A stretch of DNA of 61,238 bases, the filler included, from Circinaria calcarea (taxonomy: Eukaryota): assembly GCA_051942165.1 (NCBI GenBank). It is 5 parts of 5 records of this genome, joined end to end, with 100 filler letters (N's around TTAATTAATTAA, not from the genome) between each part and the next. Parts side by side here need not be neighbours in the genome. Positions count along the whole stretch, not along the records: positions 24,550 to 36,714 come from JAVECS010000603.1; positions 36,815 to 48,977 come from JAVECS010000604.1; 3 more parts are not named here. One strand, written 5' to 3'. The notes beneath the pieces are model-generated. The model was not told the origin of the DNA, did no database searches, and saw nothing but the letters and a program-made list of their open reading frames with translations. Positions 26,350-38,977 of the stretch are shown here, one piece after another. How positions within the stretch are numbered: position 1 is the stretch's first letter; every line of letters starts with the position of its first letter. A program made the position numbers and the translations under genes.

Positions 26350-27408
26350 ATCAAATTTGAGGAGTTCGCACACTGTCCCCTATCTATTGTTTACTTCGAG
26401 TGGGTCGTCGTGGATTTGGTAAACAGATAGACATTGCTCCAGCAACCGCGAAAATGAACATCGGTTATCGTGCTAGGGTAATCCCCTAAACCTTATCTAG
26501 TTCTAAGTGATTCCGCGGGGAGTGCTATTGAAATAAGATCTTCTGTCACTCGCTATAGTATCTAGTCAACCCACCTCTAAAGAAAGCTCTCGTTCCCCTC
26601 TATCTCCACCACCAATCTCTAAAGAATAATCCGTCGCGACATCCAGTGTTTCCTACGTACCGTCCTAGGTTTACATTGACTTCCTTTCGATACTTATCCG
26701 AGCAACGAGGTACTTCTTGATATCTACATTCTATTTACCTATCCCAGTAGATTGTGACAGGTACCACGCTTGCACCGCACAACCAGGCTGTCAATCTGAT
26801 GAGGCCCACATGGTGAATGACTGATAATCGGCAAACCGGGAGCTTTTGGAGACTTGCTAACCTTGGTATATGTTCCGAACAAAAGAGATAAAAAATGGTC
26901 AAGCCTTGGAATACACGAGCTACACAAAGGTCGAATCTGTTATCAAGGCATTGTCACTTGGATGTGAACCTAGAGATCATACGGGGTTACGATAGATAGA
27001 AACCGGACTTGCACAACCGTTCACATCATGTTGCATTAAATTAGTGGAGCATTCCCAATAGAAGTCGTAGCTTTTATTCTTCTTCCATGCCTGTTCCATT
27101 TTGCCATGGGGTATCCTTTCGAAAAGCAACCTGCATCTAGCCAAGTCCCGTCGCTTCTCCGAGACAGCCAATGCCACGATACGCCATTACCAGATCACCT
27201 ATCCTAGTCTATCCCACCGTCAGACGAAGCAGGCAATCAAGACACGATCTTCCATTAATCCACCACAAGCGTGCCGCAAGGATACCTCGTTGAAGAAAAA
27301 AGCACGCTGGGACCAGAAACGGAAGGGTACTGAAGCCGAAGGAAACTCCGGAAATTAGAATTGGAGGTGGGGGTAAGACCGGCTGGCCATCAGTGATGAA
27401 GTGCACGC

Positions 27409-28510
27409 TCAGGGTCTGAATAGCTCCCAGCGCAGGACCTCCAAACTCCTCAAGATCTCATCCCGGATTGCAAACCCGTCTCTAATCAACTTCCCAGCGT
27501 CTCCGCCTTCTAGATCGATCTCCGACGGGTCATAGTGGCCAGGAATGTGGGGGATGTTGATTGTCACGAGGAGGTCGGTCTTTTCGCGTTCAAGGCGGAT
27601 CAGGATCACCAGAAGCGCGGTGAAATCGGAGCGATTGGGGTTGGCGGATCCTTTCCCGGGGTGGATGGTCGCCAGAAGGGTCGAGGTAGGGGTTTCGCGT
27701 CTACTCACAGACAATTGCTTAGTGAGTGAGAGAGTTAAATGGAACGGGTAGAAACCAAAGAGGCCGCAAGAGGTCAGTGCATAGGAATAGCAACTGTCAA
27801 GTGTTACAAGGCGGTGCAGCGAAAAAAGTAGCAACACTTAGAAGAGAGAAGGGTGCTAGCAAAGGCATGAGCGTTAACGAGATGAGGGTTGGAAGACAGT
27901 CACAGTGTCGGGGACGTGGATGTATCAGATATCCTTGATGGTACGCGAGGCGGGTGGTGCGAGGGAGGTAATGAAGAAGCAGGGCAGGTGCAGGCCATCA
28001 TGAGCGTGACAGCAGGCGTATTTCAACATGAGGAGCGGGGCATGAAGGGATCGTACATTGACAGTCGTCGGCTGTCACCAACAAAGGGGGAGAGGAGTGA
28101 GCTTACGGGAATCTAGCCATGGCGGTGTTGCTCGTCTGCCACACCTTAATGCCGTCTCCCGAGTCCACCATGTCCTCGAGGTGATACTTCAAGGCATCTT
28201 CGACACCGGGCTCGTCGACACGTTCATTGATATCGAACTGGATGCTCGAGTATCCACTGCTCGACACGTAAACTTCCTGGTGGTCCGGAACCTGGCGAAT
28301 TTTGCTGCAGCAGCGCCCGGGAGGTTAGCAACTAACATACGGCGGCTTCTGTCCGCTTCACGGTGTTGCAAAGACCCGCCCGCATGCACAGGCAGTAACA
28401 GCATCATTACCATCATCCATCTCATCACGTACGTACCTGACGTCGGCGTAGTCGGCGGGAAGCTGAACGCTCATGGCATTGCCAAAGAGGCCCGTGCGGC
28501 GGAACTCCAT
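27409..28510 (-). CDS. MOG1: Ran guanine nucleotide release factor Mog1, 3 exons
   Basis: MEFRRTGLFGNAMSVQLPADYADVS/KIRQVPDHQEVY...SIQFDINERV...YHLED/...LIRLEREKTDLLVTINIP...LEVLRWELF; introns ~28436-28308 and ~28106-27702. Confidence 0.9.
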
Positions 28511-28681
28511 CGTCAATTCTTTCTTCTTCCGTCGTCGGCTTCTTATCCGTCAAGCCTCAAGGTCACGTGGCTTGGACTCTTCACGCAATGATACTGTACG
28601 GCAATCGGGCTCGCGGGCAGGAATGGGTGGTGGAGGAGAGAGAGAGAAAGCAATGTTCGTGGGATTGCGCTCTTTAAGGCA

Positions 28682-28714
28682 GAGTAGCTTGAGTAGCTTG
28701 AGTAGCTTGAGCTT
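28682..28714 (+). repeat. (GAGTAGCTT)3 short tandem repeat
   Basis: Three 9-bp copies plus a partial copy between MOG1 and BUD20. Confidence 0.7.
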
Positions 28715-29152
28715 ATGCGCACTAACTAAGAAGTGTACTAAGGTCCAGTGCTTGTACTATTCCAGCCAAATTGCTGGCGCCGTCGAGCTCTGTCAACACC
28801 TGTCCCTCACGCCGGCAATCCCAGGGAGACCCGAACGCCCGGGCACGACTCACATCGCCCATGACCCAAAAGGGTGATCTGCTCAAACATGCTTTCATTG
28901 TGAAACGTGATGAGCCCGGCTGCAGCTGCCTCCCTTGGCAACGGTTTTCCACTTCCCCAGAGCACGCGGCTCTCCGCACTAGCCGCATGGATGGAATGCT
29001 TTCCCCACCTCCGTCGTGATGCTTGATATGTAGGCTTACCACCAGATGTACGTGGCGGCGGGTATAGCCATGTGGTCCGAGCTCTCCCCAGCAACACCTG
29101 CATGCCTGAAGCCCATGCTTTGCATCCTGCTGCATCCTGCTTATGCGTTCGG

Positions 29153-29663
29153 TCAACCGTCAACTTCCATACTTTCTGGACCGGCTGTGCTACCATCGAC
29201 ATCCGCCCCTTTCCTCTGCCCGTTGTCGGTACGAAGCCCCGTCGCAGCCTCGGCTTCTTTCTGGGAATATGGCTCCTCGCGCAAGGATCGTACTCTGATC
29301 GAAAGCCAGTTAACATGGCTGGTCTACAGGCATACTGAGGGCAGAGGACCGGATCGAACGGGGGAGAGCTTCCTACCTTCTCTTATGATTTTTGCCCTTC
29401 CGATGCTGCACCAGGTTATGCTCTCCCTCGAACCACTTGGCGCACTCGGTACAGTACCATTGGCCCAGGCCAGGCAAGTCCTCGGCCGGCTTTGCGGTCT
29501 TGTGTTGACTCAGGTGCTTTGGTGAATGTAGGTCTGCATGAATTTGATCGAGGTCTCTGTTGGTTGCTAATCAGTCGCCCGGTAACGTGTAATAACCTTC
29601 AGTGCCATTGAAAATAGCGAACCTGGTGCGACGCTTTGTCTTGCTTCTGCGGATGGATCCCAT
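29153..29663 (-). CDS. BUD20: C2H2 zinc-finger pre-60S export factor Bud20 (ZNF593), 3 exons; absent from the ORF track
   Basis: MGSIRRSKTKRRT/RDLDQIHADL...EDLPGLGQWYCTECAKWFEGEHNLVQHRKGKNHKR/RVRSLREEPYSQKEAEAATG. Confidence 0.93.
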
Positions 29664-30708
29664 CTTGACACTGGACGGGCTTTCTTGAGATTGATGTTAC
29701 TGTCGAATAAATTTTTACGAGTACGAAGTACGGAGGTACTTCATCTTGGCGATTGTGGCCGAGGGCCGATACGGAAGCGCATTGACGGCTCACTTGGTCG
29801 ACCGTATTTTCAACCTCTGTACCCCGTTAGGGAGTAGTACTATGGTTGCAGGGACAATAGATGTTAGCGTGGGTTTCGACCAACCCGGGTACACTCAGCA
29901 AAGGCTGTATTAATTCTTTTAAAAAGAGGTGTAATATGGAGGACATCCTCCGTTGTATATTCCGTCTTTCTGTATGAAAGCAAACTGTCGTCTGGGCCTT
30001 CTATGATTATTGTCAGATAACCACACTAACATCTATTATGCCTGCTACCATAGTACAGACAGCGACTTTGGCATAGCGACACGCTACAACCACTGGGGCG
30101 GACTGCTCCACGAGCTCATCAGAGGGGCCTCGGTACGTATCCGAGCTATCCGAGCTATCCTCCTCGATAAGATTCTTACGGAGTATTGTCAAGACATATC
30201 CTTCTCGGGGCTTTCACATTCAAACATATGACAGCCGAGGGCCGATCAAGAGCTTGTCCATGGTGGCTGATAGGTAGCGAAGCCGTTTACGATCATATTC
30301 CTGTATCACAGCCGATTAAGGCCCGAGTGATAAGCAGCGTGTGATTGGCCCAGGCTCGTTGTAACCAGATGGCAGGATTTGCAACCGCCTGTGCTTTTCA
30401 GACAGCTCCATTACTTAGAAAGAAATCTGCTATGTCTCACGTCCGCTGCGGTATAAAGAACTTAGACCAATCTTCGTGATATGATAGATTATCGCCCGTT
30501 GCTGCGCGAGATTGTATCTGCTGTCCCTGGATATTGACTCCTAAAGGCCAGAGGGCGACCGATAAGGACCACTAAAGCCCAAGCCCGAAGTTCGCGCCTC
30601 CGCAATAAGCCCTTCATCACCGACCACCACCCTCATCTACTTTTCACCCCAGCAACACGCTGCAAGAGCTTTCCTTTAACGTCAGCCTTGCATTGAGAGT
30701 CTCGCAAG

Positions 30709-33671
30709 ATGATTTCTACGAGGCATCTTGCCCGCGCTGGCAAGCTGGTAAGTATTGTGTTTTCCTCGAGATCCATCTATCCGGAGCGCCTTGGCCAGTT
30801 ATTCATGGTGCTCCCCGCTATTATAAGGTGTCTGTGCAAGAAACATTCTGAAATGCTAACGTTCGTGCCCTTTAGATGTCCGGTTCGCGAGTTGTAGGTT
30901 CCCCTCAAGATATGACGTCCACGCTGGCAAGCAGCATTACTGGACGGAGACAGCCACAACTATCACAAGTATGCTGACAACATGGCAGTTGTCTCGGAGC
31001 CGGACACTGGCCACCGTTACGGATAATCCGCTAGATAGGAAGGTTGAAATGACCAACTGGGAGAAGGTATGCTTTGCTTGCTTGTAGCGGGACCTTCTTA
31101 CAAGGCACTGCATCTTGATAAGCCGATCCAATACTAACGAATTTCAACAGGGCCACTATATCAATTACAAGTATGTCGTTCTACTGAGCAGGCTGAAGAA
31201 ATACCACCATAATTCAAAATACTCCCTAAAATTGTCTGCCACAGACTGAGGATTCAGAATAAACCTCTAGCAAAGGACTTTTCGATATCAGCACTGACTT
31301 TGGTTCGACATGTAGGAAGATGTCAGAGAATTTAGCCGTTGTTCGGTCTCGATTAAACCGACCACTGACCTACGCCGAAAAAATCTTGTATTCGCATCTC
31401 GATGATCCCCACGGACAAGAGATTGAGCGCGGGAAGTCATACTTGAGGCTTAGACCCGATCGTGTTGCCTGTCAAGATGCAACGGCACAAATGGCAATTT
31501 TACAGTTCATGTCCGCAGGGATGCCATCTGTAGCCACACCAACCACCGTTCACTGCGATCACTTGATCGAGGCGCAAATTGGGGGTGAGAAGGATCTTGC
31601 AAGGGCAAAGGACATTAACAAGGAGGTCTATGACTTTCTGTCCACTTCATGCGCCAAGTACAACATCGGTTTCTGGCGACCAGGCTCCGGAATCATTCAT
31701 CAGATCATCTTAGAGAATTACGCTTTCCCCGGAGGTCTCATGATCGGCACCGACTCTCATACGCCCAATGCTGGGGGACTTGGTATGGCTGCTATTGGCG
31801 TTGGTGGTGCAGACGCCGTCGATGTGATGGCGAATCTACCGTGGGAGCTCAAAGCGCCAAAAGTAATCGGTGTCCGACTAACTGGGGAGATGTCTGGATG
31901 GACTGCCCCCAAGGGTACGTAGTTCGAGTGTAAACATCAGAAGCTGCGCTGACCATTGTATCAGACATTATCTTGAAGGTTGCCGGTATTTTGACCGTCA
32001 AAGGTGGCACCGGAGCTATTGTTGAGTACCACGGTCCTGGTGTTCAGTCGCTTTCGTCTACTGGTATGGGTACTATCTGTAACATGGGTGCTGAAATCGG
32101 AGCCACTACCTCTGTCTTTCCATTCAATGACAGGATGTACGATTACCTAGTCGCCACTAAGCGGAAAGCTATTGGAGATTTCGCTCGGTCGTACGCCAAT
32201 GAACTGAAGGAAGACCAAGGTGCAGAATACGACGAGTTGATTGAACTCAACTTGTCCGAGCTAGAACCACACATTAATGGACCATTCACTCCGGATCTTG
32301 CTACACCGATCAATAAATTCAAAGATGCTGTCTCAAACAATAAGTGGCCCGAAGAATTGAAAGTTGGTTTGATAGGTTCTTGCACAAACTCGTCGTACGA
32401 AGATATGTCTCGAGCTGCTTCCATTGCCCGTGATGCACTTGATCACGGCATCAAGGCTAAGTCGGCCTTTGTAGTTACTCCAGGATCCGAACAGATTCGA
32501 GCCACTATCGCACGGGATGGCCAGCTAGACACCCTAGAGGAATTCGGTGGTATCGTGCTAGCGAATGCATGTGGACCTTGTATCGGGCAATGGGATCGTC
32601 GAGACGTCAAGAAGGGAGAGGCAAACTCCATCATCTCATCTTACAACCGTAACTTCACCGGGCGGAATGATGCGAACCCTGCCACGCATTCGTTTGTTAC
32701 TTCTCCAGATCTGGTGGTCGCAATGTCTATCGCGGGTACCCTCAACTTCAATCCCCTTACCGACTCACTAAAGGATAAGGATGGCAAGGACTTTAAGCTG
32801 TCACCGCCCAATGGTGTCGGACTACCACCCAACGGCTATGATCCAGGTCAAGATACGTATCAAGCACCACCTGAAGATCGTGCGACTGTTTCCGTCGCCG
32901 TCTCACCGACAAGCGATCGATTGCAGATACTGGAGCCATTCAAGCCATGGGACGGCAAAGACGCAACAGATATGCCCATTTTGATCAAGACACAGGGAAA
33001 GACCACCACAGATCATATCTCTAGTAAGTAAAGTCATTTGGGATATTTGTCACTTCTAACTTCTCTTGCAGTGGCTGGACCCTGGCTCAAGTACCGTGGA
33101 CATCTCGACAACATTTCAAACAACATGTTGATTGGTGCCATCAACGCGGCTAATGGTGAAGCTAATAAAGTCATGAACGTTACTACTGGTGAATGGGGTG
33201 CAGTGCCTGCTACCGCTCGTGACTACAAGAAAAAAGGAATTCCATGGGTAGTGGTAGGCGATTGGAACTACGGTGAAGGCAGTTCAAGAGAGCATGCCGC
33301 GCTTGAGCCAAGACATCTCGGAGGCTTAGCCATCATCACACGAAGTTTCGCTCGAATTGTGAGTTTCCCTGCGGTCTCTTACCTGTAGTTTACGCTTATC
33401 GCTTTCGTAGCATGAAACCAATTTGAAGAAGCAAGGCATGCTGCCCCTTACCTTTAGCGACCCAGCCGACTACGACAAAATCAACCCCGATGACAAAGTC
33501 GATCTCATGCTCACCGAACTTGCCGTTGGCGAGCCCCTGACTATGAGAGTTCATCCCAAGAATGGAGATACCTGGGAATGCAAACTATCCCATACCTTTA
33601 ACGCTCCTCAAATAGAATGGTTCAAAAATGGCAGTGCTTTAAACACGATGGCCAAGCATCACGCATCGTAA
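30709..33671 (+). CDS. ACO1: Mitochondrial aconitate hydratase
   Basis: Arg-rich presequence over exons 30709-30747, 30876-30893, 30989-31066 and 31151-31170. Motifs [47 protein letters not shown] and [12 protein letters not shown]. Confidence 0.97.
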
Positions 33672-34995
33672 GGAAGGATAGCGATGTTCGATGAGCTTGG
33701 GAGGCGAGAGGATCATGCGTCTTGAGGAGGTTGCAAAGTACTGCGGTATCGATGATATTCGATCCTGTGCAGGAATCCTGGTGAGGTGGTGGAGACTGAA
33801 GCATGTTTTATAAGGGCTAGCTAAATACCGAGTCGTCTGAGAGCGCTTGTTTGTGATTGGTTTTCAATTAGTGAGTACAGTCTGTATGTCTATGCCCGAA
33901 TCATGATCGAACCAATTTGAGCGCCGAGTCAACAAATCGCCGTCTAAACTCATGACTTGCGAAACGTCGACGGGGCCAGTCTGTCCGTTTCACTCATCCA
34001 CCCTTTCCACTTCGGCCGTCCGTCTCGTATGCGAGAATTTTGACTGTTGTATGCGCAAGGTTTCCGCGCCGTATCGAGTTTCGTGCTTTCGACACCTATA
34101 TACGTCTACGATGTTTACAACACCTCAACAATTCTGGTTTTCATATCCGGAAATTCCAAGGACAACATGACTGTAGCTTCCAAGGCGGTGCCATTAGTCT
34201 CATGAACATACGATTTTCGTTTCCTCTGTCCTTTGCTATCTGGGAATAATCAGTACCTGCACCTTACCTGAAACTTGTACCTCCCTCTAACTAGGCATGC
34301 GTACGAATTAACCATCAGTTTAGGAATAGGGATCTCGGATTTTTTGGTTTTGAATACTTATGCTTTTAGGCCGCGCATTCTACTGGGCACGGATCGAGAG
34401 AGTCCGTCAGATGTTGATGAAGCAGAACCTCACTCTCCCTATCAAGAAAATGATGGACGATTTTCTAAGTTCAACTGGTTGGTGAGTATGTCTCATAGTC
34501 TTGGTCACGAAAAGATATTGTCGTTTCACAAAGAAAGGCTAAGGCTTCGCCGATGATCTCTGCTTCAGGTTCTGAAACAGAAAGTACCGTCAGGTCTCTC
34601 CTTTGTTAAATAAAGAGCCAAGCATACCGTATGCTATACAGAAGTTCTGTACTGCCCCAATTAATACTAGCGTGGGCTATAGAGTTTTCCCCCTGACTTC
34701 GCACTTTGCGAACTATAAATGTTATATAATATATCGACTATTGCGTACATATTGAATGCTGTCTCAATGCATTGCTTAAGCCCCTCCCTGCCATACCTAT
34801 AATATCCTTGGACTTCGAACGTTTATCTATTGGCTCGCCGACTGAATAATTCGCGTCGATGATTAGACGCGCCTAGACAGAGATGCCACGCTTTACAAAA
34901 CGGCGAAAAGGCCTCGTCGGACCAGAATTACATGCTGGGTTTCTTGGAGGAATCAGCTATCATCCTGCTGCTTTGATAAGTTCCCTTCAGGGCCT

Positions 34996-35445
34996 CTAAT
35001 CAGCCATAAAATCGCGCAACATGCAACTCATCACCATCTTCACCCTCGCCCTCGCCTCATTCCGCCTCTGTCTATCATGAGCCCATTCCTCGCACTCAGC
35101 CGAATATAGCAGACAAGACCTAAGGCAGTGAAGCCAGAGAATTGCGCCAACTAGAACCCGGGTCGAGGCTGCTCCAAGCTGCGGAAAAATCTGATGGCAA
35201 CAAGCTTCCATGTGGAATCTACTACACTGTAGGACTGTGCCGGGCCCGTTGTGGAATGCTCTGAGTGTCTCCAGCGCTGTCAACTGAAGAAAGGTAGCAG
35301 GATCAACCCATTTGCGACTGGCTTGGGAACGCTTGTACACGGCTGATATGGATACGATATTGAAGAGATGCGATAATTTGGGGACTTGAAAGGTCATGGA
35401 GGATTCGGTGGTATTATGTTTTACGTTTGTTGTTGTGGCCGACAT
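34996..35445 (-). CDS. Hypothetical protein (149 aa), no recognised family
   Basis: Intronless ATG-to-stop ORF with plausible start context, in an otherwise empty intergenic region. Confidence 0.35.
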   Translation of the reverse strand: MSATTTNVKHNTTESSMTFQVPKLSHLFNIVSISAVYKRSQASRKWVDPATFLQLTALETLRAFHNGPGTVLQCSRFHMEACCHQIFPQLGAASTRVLVGAILWLHCLRSCLLYSAECEEWAHDRQRRNEARARVKMVMSCMLRDFMAD

Positions 35446-36013
35446 GGGATTTTTAAAATGAGCGGAGCGTCATGGCTGGCAGAAGTGAGCTACTACTAAC
35501 ATTCTATCGAGGCTGAATTTCGAAAGTGATTGAACGGTAATCGTGACTCGAAGCTTTGATAGTGTTCAGAGGGTTTATGTATACCGGCTCCTTAAGATAC
35601 TCTCAGATGTAATAGGAACAAATGATAGTAGTATGAGATGACTGTGTAATCTGTACTAGACACTGTGTCCTCAAGCCATCCAAATCTAGTTATTAGCTGA
35701 GTATCAGTATAATTGTTTTCCCCCATAGTCGACAAATTCCTCCAAATCAAATATAAGGGTCTAGGGCTGCCATGTTGACTCGCTTGGCCAGGATTAGCCC
35801 TAGATAAATCGATACCAAAGCGGGACGGTTCTAATCGCGACATTTGTACACTTCCACAAGTCCACCGGATCCTGCCAGTCCTCCACGATGCCGATAAAAT
35901 CTCGACCGAGTGTGTGATCGACGGTAGTTTTGCCTCAATTCTTAGAAGCTCACGCACCTTGTCCACCCCTTGGCCACACGGGGACCGGCCCCCGCCCCCC
36001 TTCGACCTAAACA

Positions 36014-36714
36014 ATGGATGCCCACCACCGGAAAATCGACTTGCAATCCCCCCAGGATCTCACCTACCTCCTCTCCAACATCCGAACTGCCGCCCAGCAA
36101 AAGCTCGACCTGCACATCCCGCCTTCGGCCGCGCCAAAGGGCGAAGACGCCTTTCGGACCAAGGTCGAGGAGCTGGTCTTTCAGGTACGGGGGGTTTCCG
36201 TTCATCTGTTTCGCTGCCGCAGGGAATTGTTTTCCGAACCCGACTCCCGGAAGCTCTCCTTTCACGCTTCCACGGTCCGAGTCATACATAACGCTCACAG
36301 TCCGCTTTCGAACACTCACAGTACATCCACGACACCCTCTCCCTCGCCCTCCCCTCCCTCTCCATCAACGGCCTCGACGCCTCGCCTTCCCTCCTCACCA
36401 CCCGTCAGCTGACCCCTTCCTCGGCCGCAACGCCGTCATCCGCCGACGATCCAAACTACGAACCCTACGACTCCCGCCTCGCCACCAAACTCCGCTCCCT
36501 CTACGCGACCCTCGAGTCCGAAACCACACGCGTCGCGCAACTGCGGCGGGATGCCCCCGCCCAAGCCGCCTTAAACTACACGGAGGCACTGAGGAAGGAG
36601 ATGGCGGAAGAGGAAAAGGCGCTGCAGGAGGCTCGGAGGAGGGCTGTAGAGGATGCGGAGGGAGGACTGGAGGGTTTAGCTTTGGCGAGGCCGGAGGGAG
36701 TCAGGGAAGGGTGG
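36014..36714 (+). CDS. NSL1: Kinetochore Mis12-complex subunit Mis14/Nsl1 (3'-truncated)
   Basis: MDAHHRKIDLQSPQDLTYL...KLDLHIPP...VEELV/YIHDTLSLALPSLSINGLD...EPYDSRLATKLRSLY..LE.ETTRVAQLRR; intron ~36185-36321. Confidence 0.85.
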
Positions 36715-36814
36715 NNNNNNNNNNNNNNNNNNNNNNNNNNNNNNNNNNNNNNNNNNNNTTAATTAATTAANNNNNNNNNNNNNNNNNNNNNNNNNNNNNN
36801 NNNNNNNNNNNNNN
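36715..36814. other. Artificial contig linker
   Basis: N44-TTAATTAATTAA-N44. Confidence 0.97.
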
Positions 36815-37507
36815 GGTCGTGTAGCAGCACTCACTGTACTACTTGCAACTATTTTAGACAATTAATATTATAGTTTTGTGCTTTAATAAAGAGATAAATT
36901 AAAAAAATCTTTAACTTTTATTCCAGTGTCTAGCGCGCTAATGCCTGACACGTAAGGCTTATATAGCTTCGGTTGACGAAGTAGCCAGTTTTAATATAAT
37001 ATATCAGGTGCTGGGTCTAGTGGCTACAGTTTCGGCTGCTATTTCTACTGGTTATTACTCCAGCTGCCATCCTGCTTTTTTATAATTAAGTAATTATGCG
37101 TCTAAACTTGGGTATCATCTACATCCTAAGGCTTTGTGTGAGTCATAGCAATAAATGGAGAGAAGCTAAATAATAACGATATTACCTTTTACCGTCAGGG
37201 TTTTCGAGCCTTTAGTCTCGAAGTCGCATATTTTGACAACATCCGCATTCTTACTATTGGGTTTGGAAAATCCCTGCTACACGATTATGCATCTGTCTGG
37301 CAGTATGACTCTATTTGCTTTCTACGTAGTCCCAGATCTGTAGGATAAGCTTATGGTTCGGTTAAGAGATATTTTTCGGCCTTTGTTCGCTGGATCTCGA
37401 TTGGGGTGGAGATGCCAAGCAGATACAGCGACATTTGTCTAAATACATCTGGAGGGCGGTGACAAATGTTATAATACAGCTAGTGTATTTGCACAAATAA
37501 TATATTT

Positions 37508-37680
37508 GGATAAATGTCATTATACACTTAATGTACTCGCACACGTGTCGTTGTACACTTAATATATTCACACACATAATATCTGTGGACAAATATCATT
37601 GTACAGTTGATGTACTCGCACACGTGTCTTTGTACACTTAATGTATTCACACACATAATATCTTGATGTACTCGCACACA
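37508..37680 (+). repeat. Imperfect 79-bp tandem duplication with partial third copy
   Basis: ggataaatgtcattatacac...cacacataatatct at 37508 and a near copy at 37587. Confidence 0.8.
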
Positions 37681-37822
37681 TGATGTCTACACGATAAATG
37701 TCATTATTATTTTATATCCAATTGTTGACGTATCACTTGTTCCTGCTATACTCGGCCACCGCCCGCTTATACCATTCAGAAGCTAAGCCAATTGACTTTA
37801 CACTTTCCTATGAGATCTGAAT

Positions 37823-38358
37823 TCAGTAGTGCCACAACCGAACAAAGCCGGCTGCATCTCCGTTTATGTTATTGTGGCAGCCTTCTGTCGTCCCTGCTCC
37901 ATATTTCATCATAAACGCTCCGCAAGCCCAGGCTTGGGTCTGGCCACCGTCTTGGCCGATTTTGCTAGTATCAAGTTGTTCCTTTTCATCCAATGCTCGC
38001 GATATATTAAAGGATGAGAATGTGGAGACCTTATCCCAGTCAATAACCGTTCCAAACGCCGTATTTTGTGAGTATATCAGTTCATGTTCGGCCGCCGTTC
38101 CTTTACAATCAGATTCAGTAAAAAAGGTTAACTTTAGCCCCGAAAGAGTACCGGCCAAGGAACCATAATTAATGTTCTAATACACGATCAGTATACCGGA
38201 TTTAATCTCGAAACTAAAGTATAAACACCCGGGTTGGGAGCTTCCTCGCCTCGTAGCTGGAAAGGTGGCCTGCCACCTTGGAACATTGGCGCAGGGCTAG
38301 CTATAGCAAGACTCAAAAGGGCACTAAGGGGAAGTGAGGTCTTTTGGGTAAAAAGCAT
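37823..38358 (-). CDS. Small secreted protein (~160 aa), 2 exons; effector-like
   Basis: Signal-peptide-like MLFTQKTSLPLSALLSLAIASPAP. An intron ends ctgat...tattag near 38176 (donor uncertain). Mature part: FFTESDCKG...FNISRALDEKEQLDTS...C..F...GCH...VRLWHY. Confidence 0.65.
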
Positions 38359-38710
38359 GGTGGCGCACGATATGCACTTATTGTCGACTCCAAATGGTTG
38401 GTGCGAAGATAATCAAGTTCGGCAAAAGAGTTACTTGGGCTTGGAGGGGAAGTCAAGGGATTGAGAGCACTTTTAAACTGAACTAACGGTCAAGAAACAT
38501 CCACAGTCGGACGCTTTGAGCATCCAGTTATAGATGCCATCACTTGACGGTTATATTTAGTCAAATCGACACAGTTTTGGCATCACTGGTTCGGGTGGCC
38601 GTTCCGCCTACTCCCGTTTTAGAAAACTTGGCAAGCTGTATAGCTAATGTTCTACATAGACAGAGTTCATGCAAATAAGGCGTCGCATAGAAGCTGAGGC
38701 TTGCGATAGA

Positions 38711-38782
38711 GCCAGATTTGGCTCCCCTCGAGTAGGGAGCCAAAATCGGTTCCCCTCGAGTAGGGAGCCAAAATCGGCTCCC
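38711..38782 (+). repeat. 28-bp tandem repeat with internal dyad symmetry
   Basis: ggctcccctcgagtagggagccaaaatc at 38720, a one-mismatch copy at 38748 and a partial copy at 38776; ggctccc/gggagcc arms can pair. Confidence 0.8.
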
Positions 38783-38977
38783 CACCCAAACACTTTTGAC
38801 AACTCTTAGGAACTTCTTAAACAAATATGGATAGACTATTAAATCGCCACTACATTGGTTTTCAGAAGCCCAATACCAACTATATTAAACCATCTGGTAA
38901 CTTTCTTGTGACTTATTTCACAAATGCTATAAAAGAAAAATGACCTGTCGCCGATCTAATAACGTGAAACGTTCAGA

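Noticed and set aside
28308..28436. C/D snoRNA in MOG1 intron 1 (GTGATGA present)
   Set aside because: No matching CTGA D box or terminal stem.
30329..30490. CCAAT boxes upstream of ACO1 as HapX/CBC bipartite sites
   Set aside because: CCAAT occurs at ~30344 (minus) and 30467, but the spacing does not fit CSAAT-N12-RWT.
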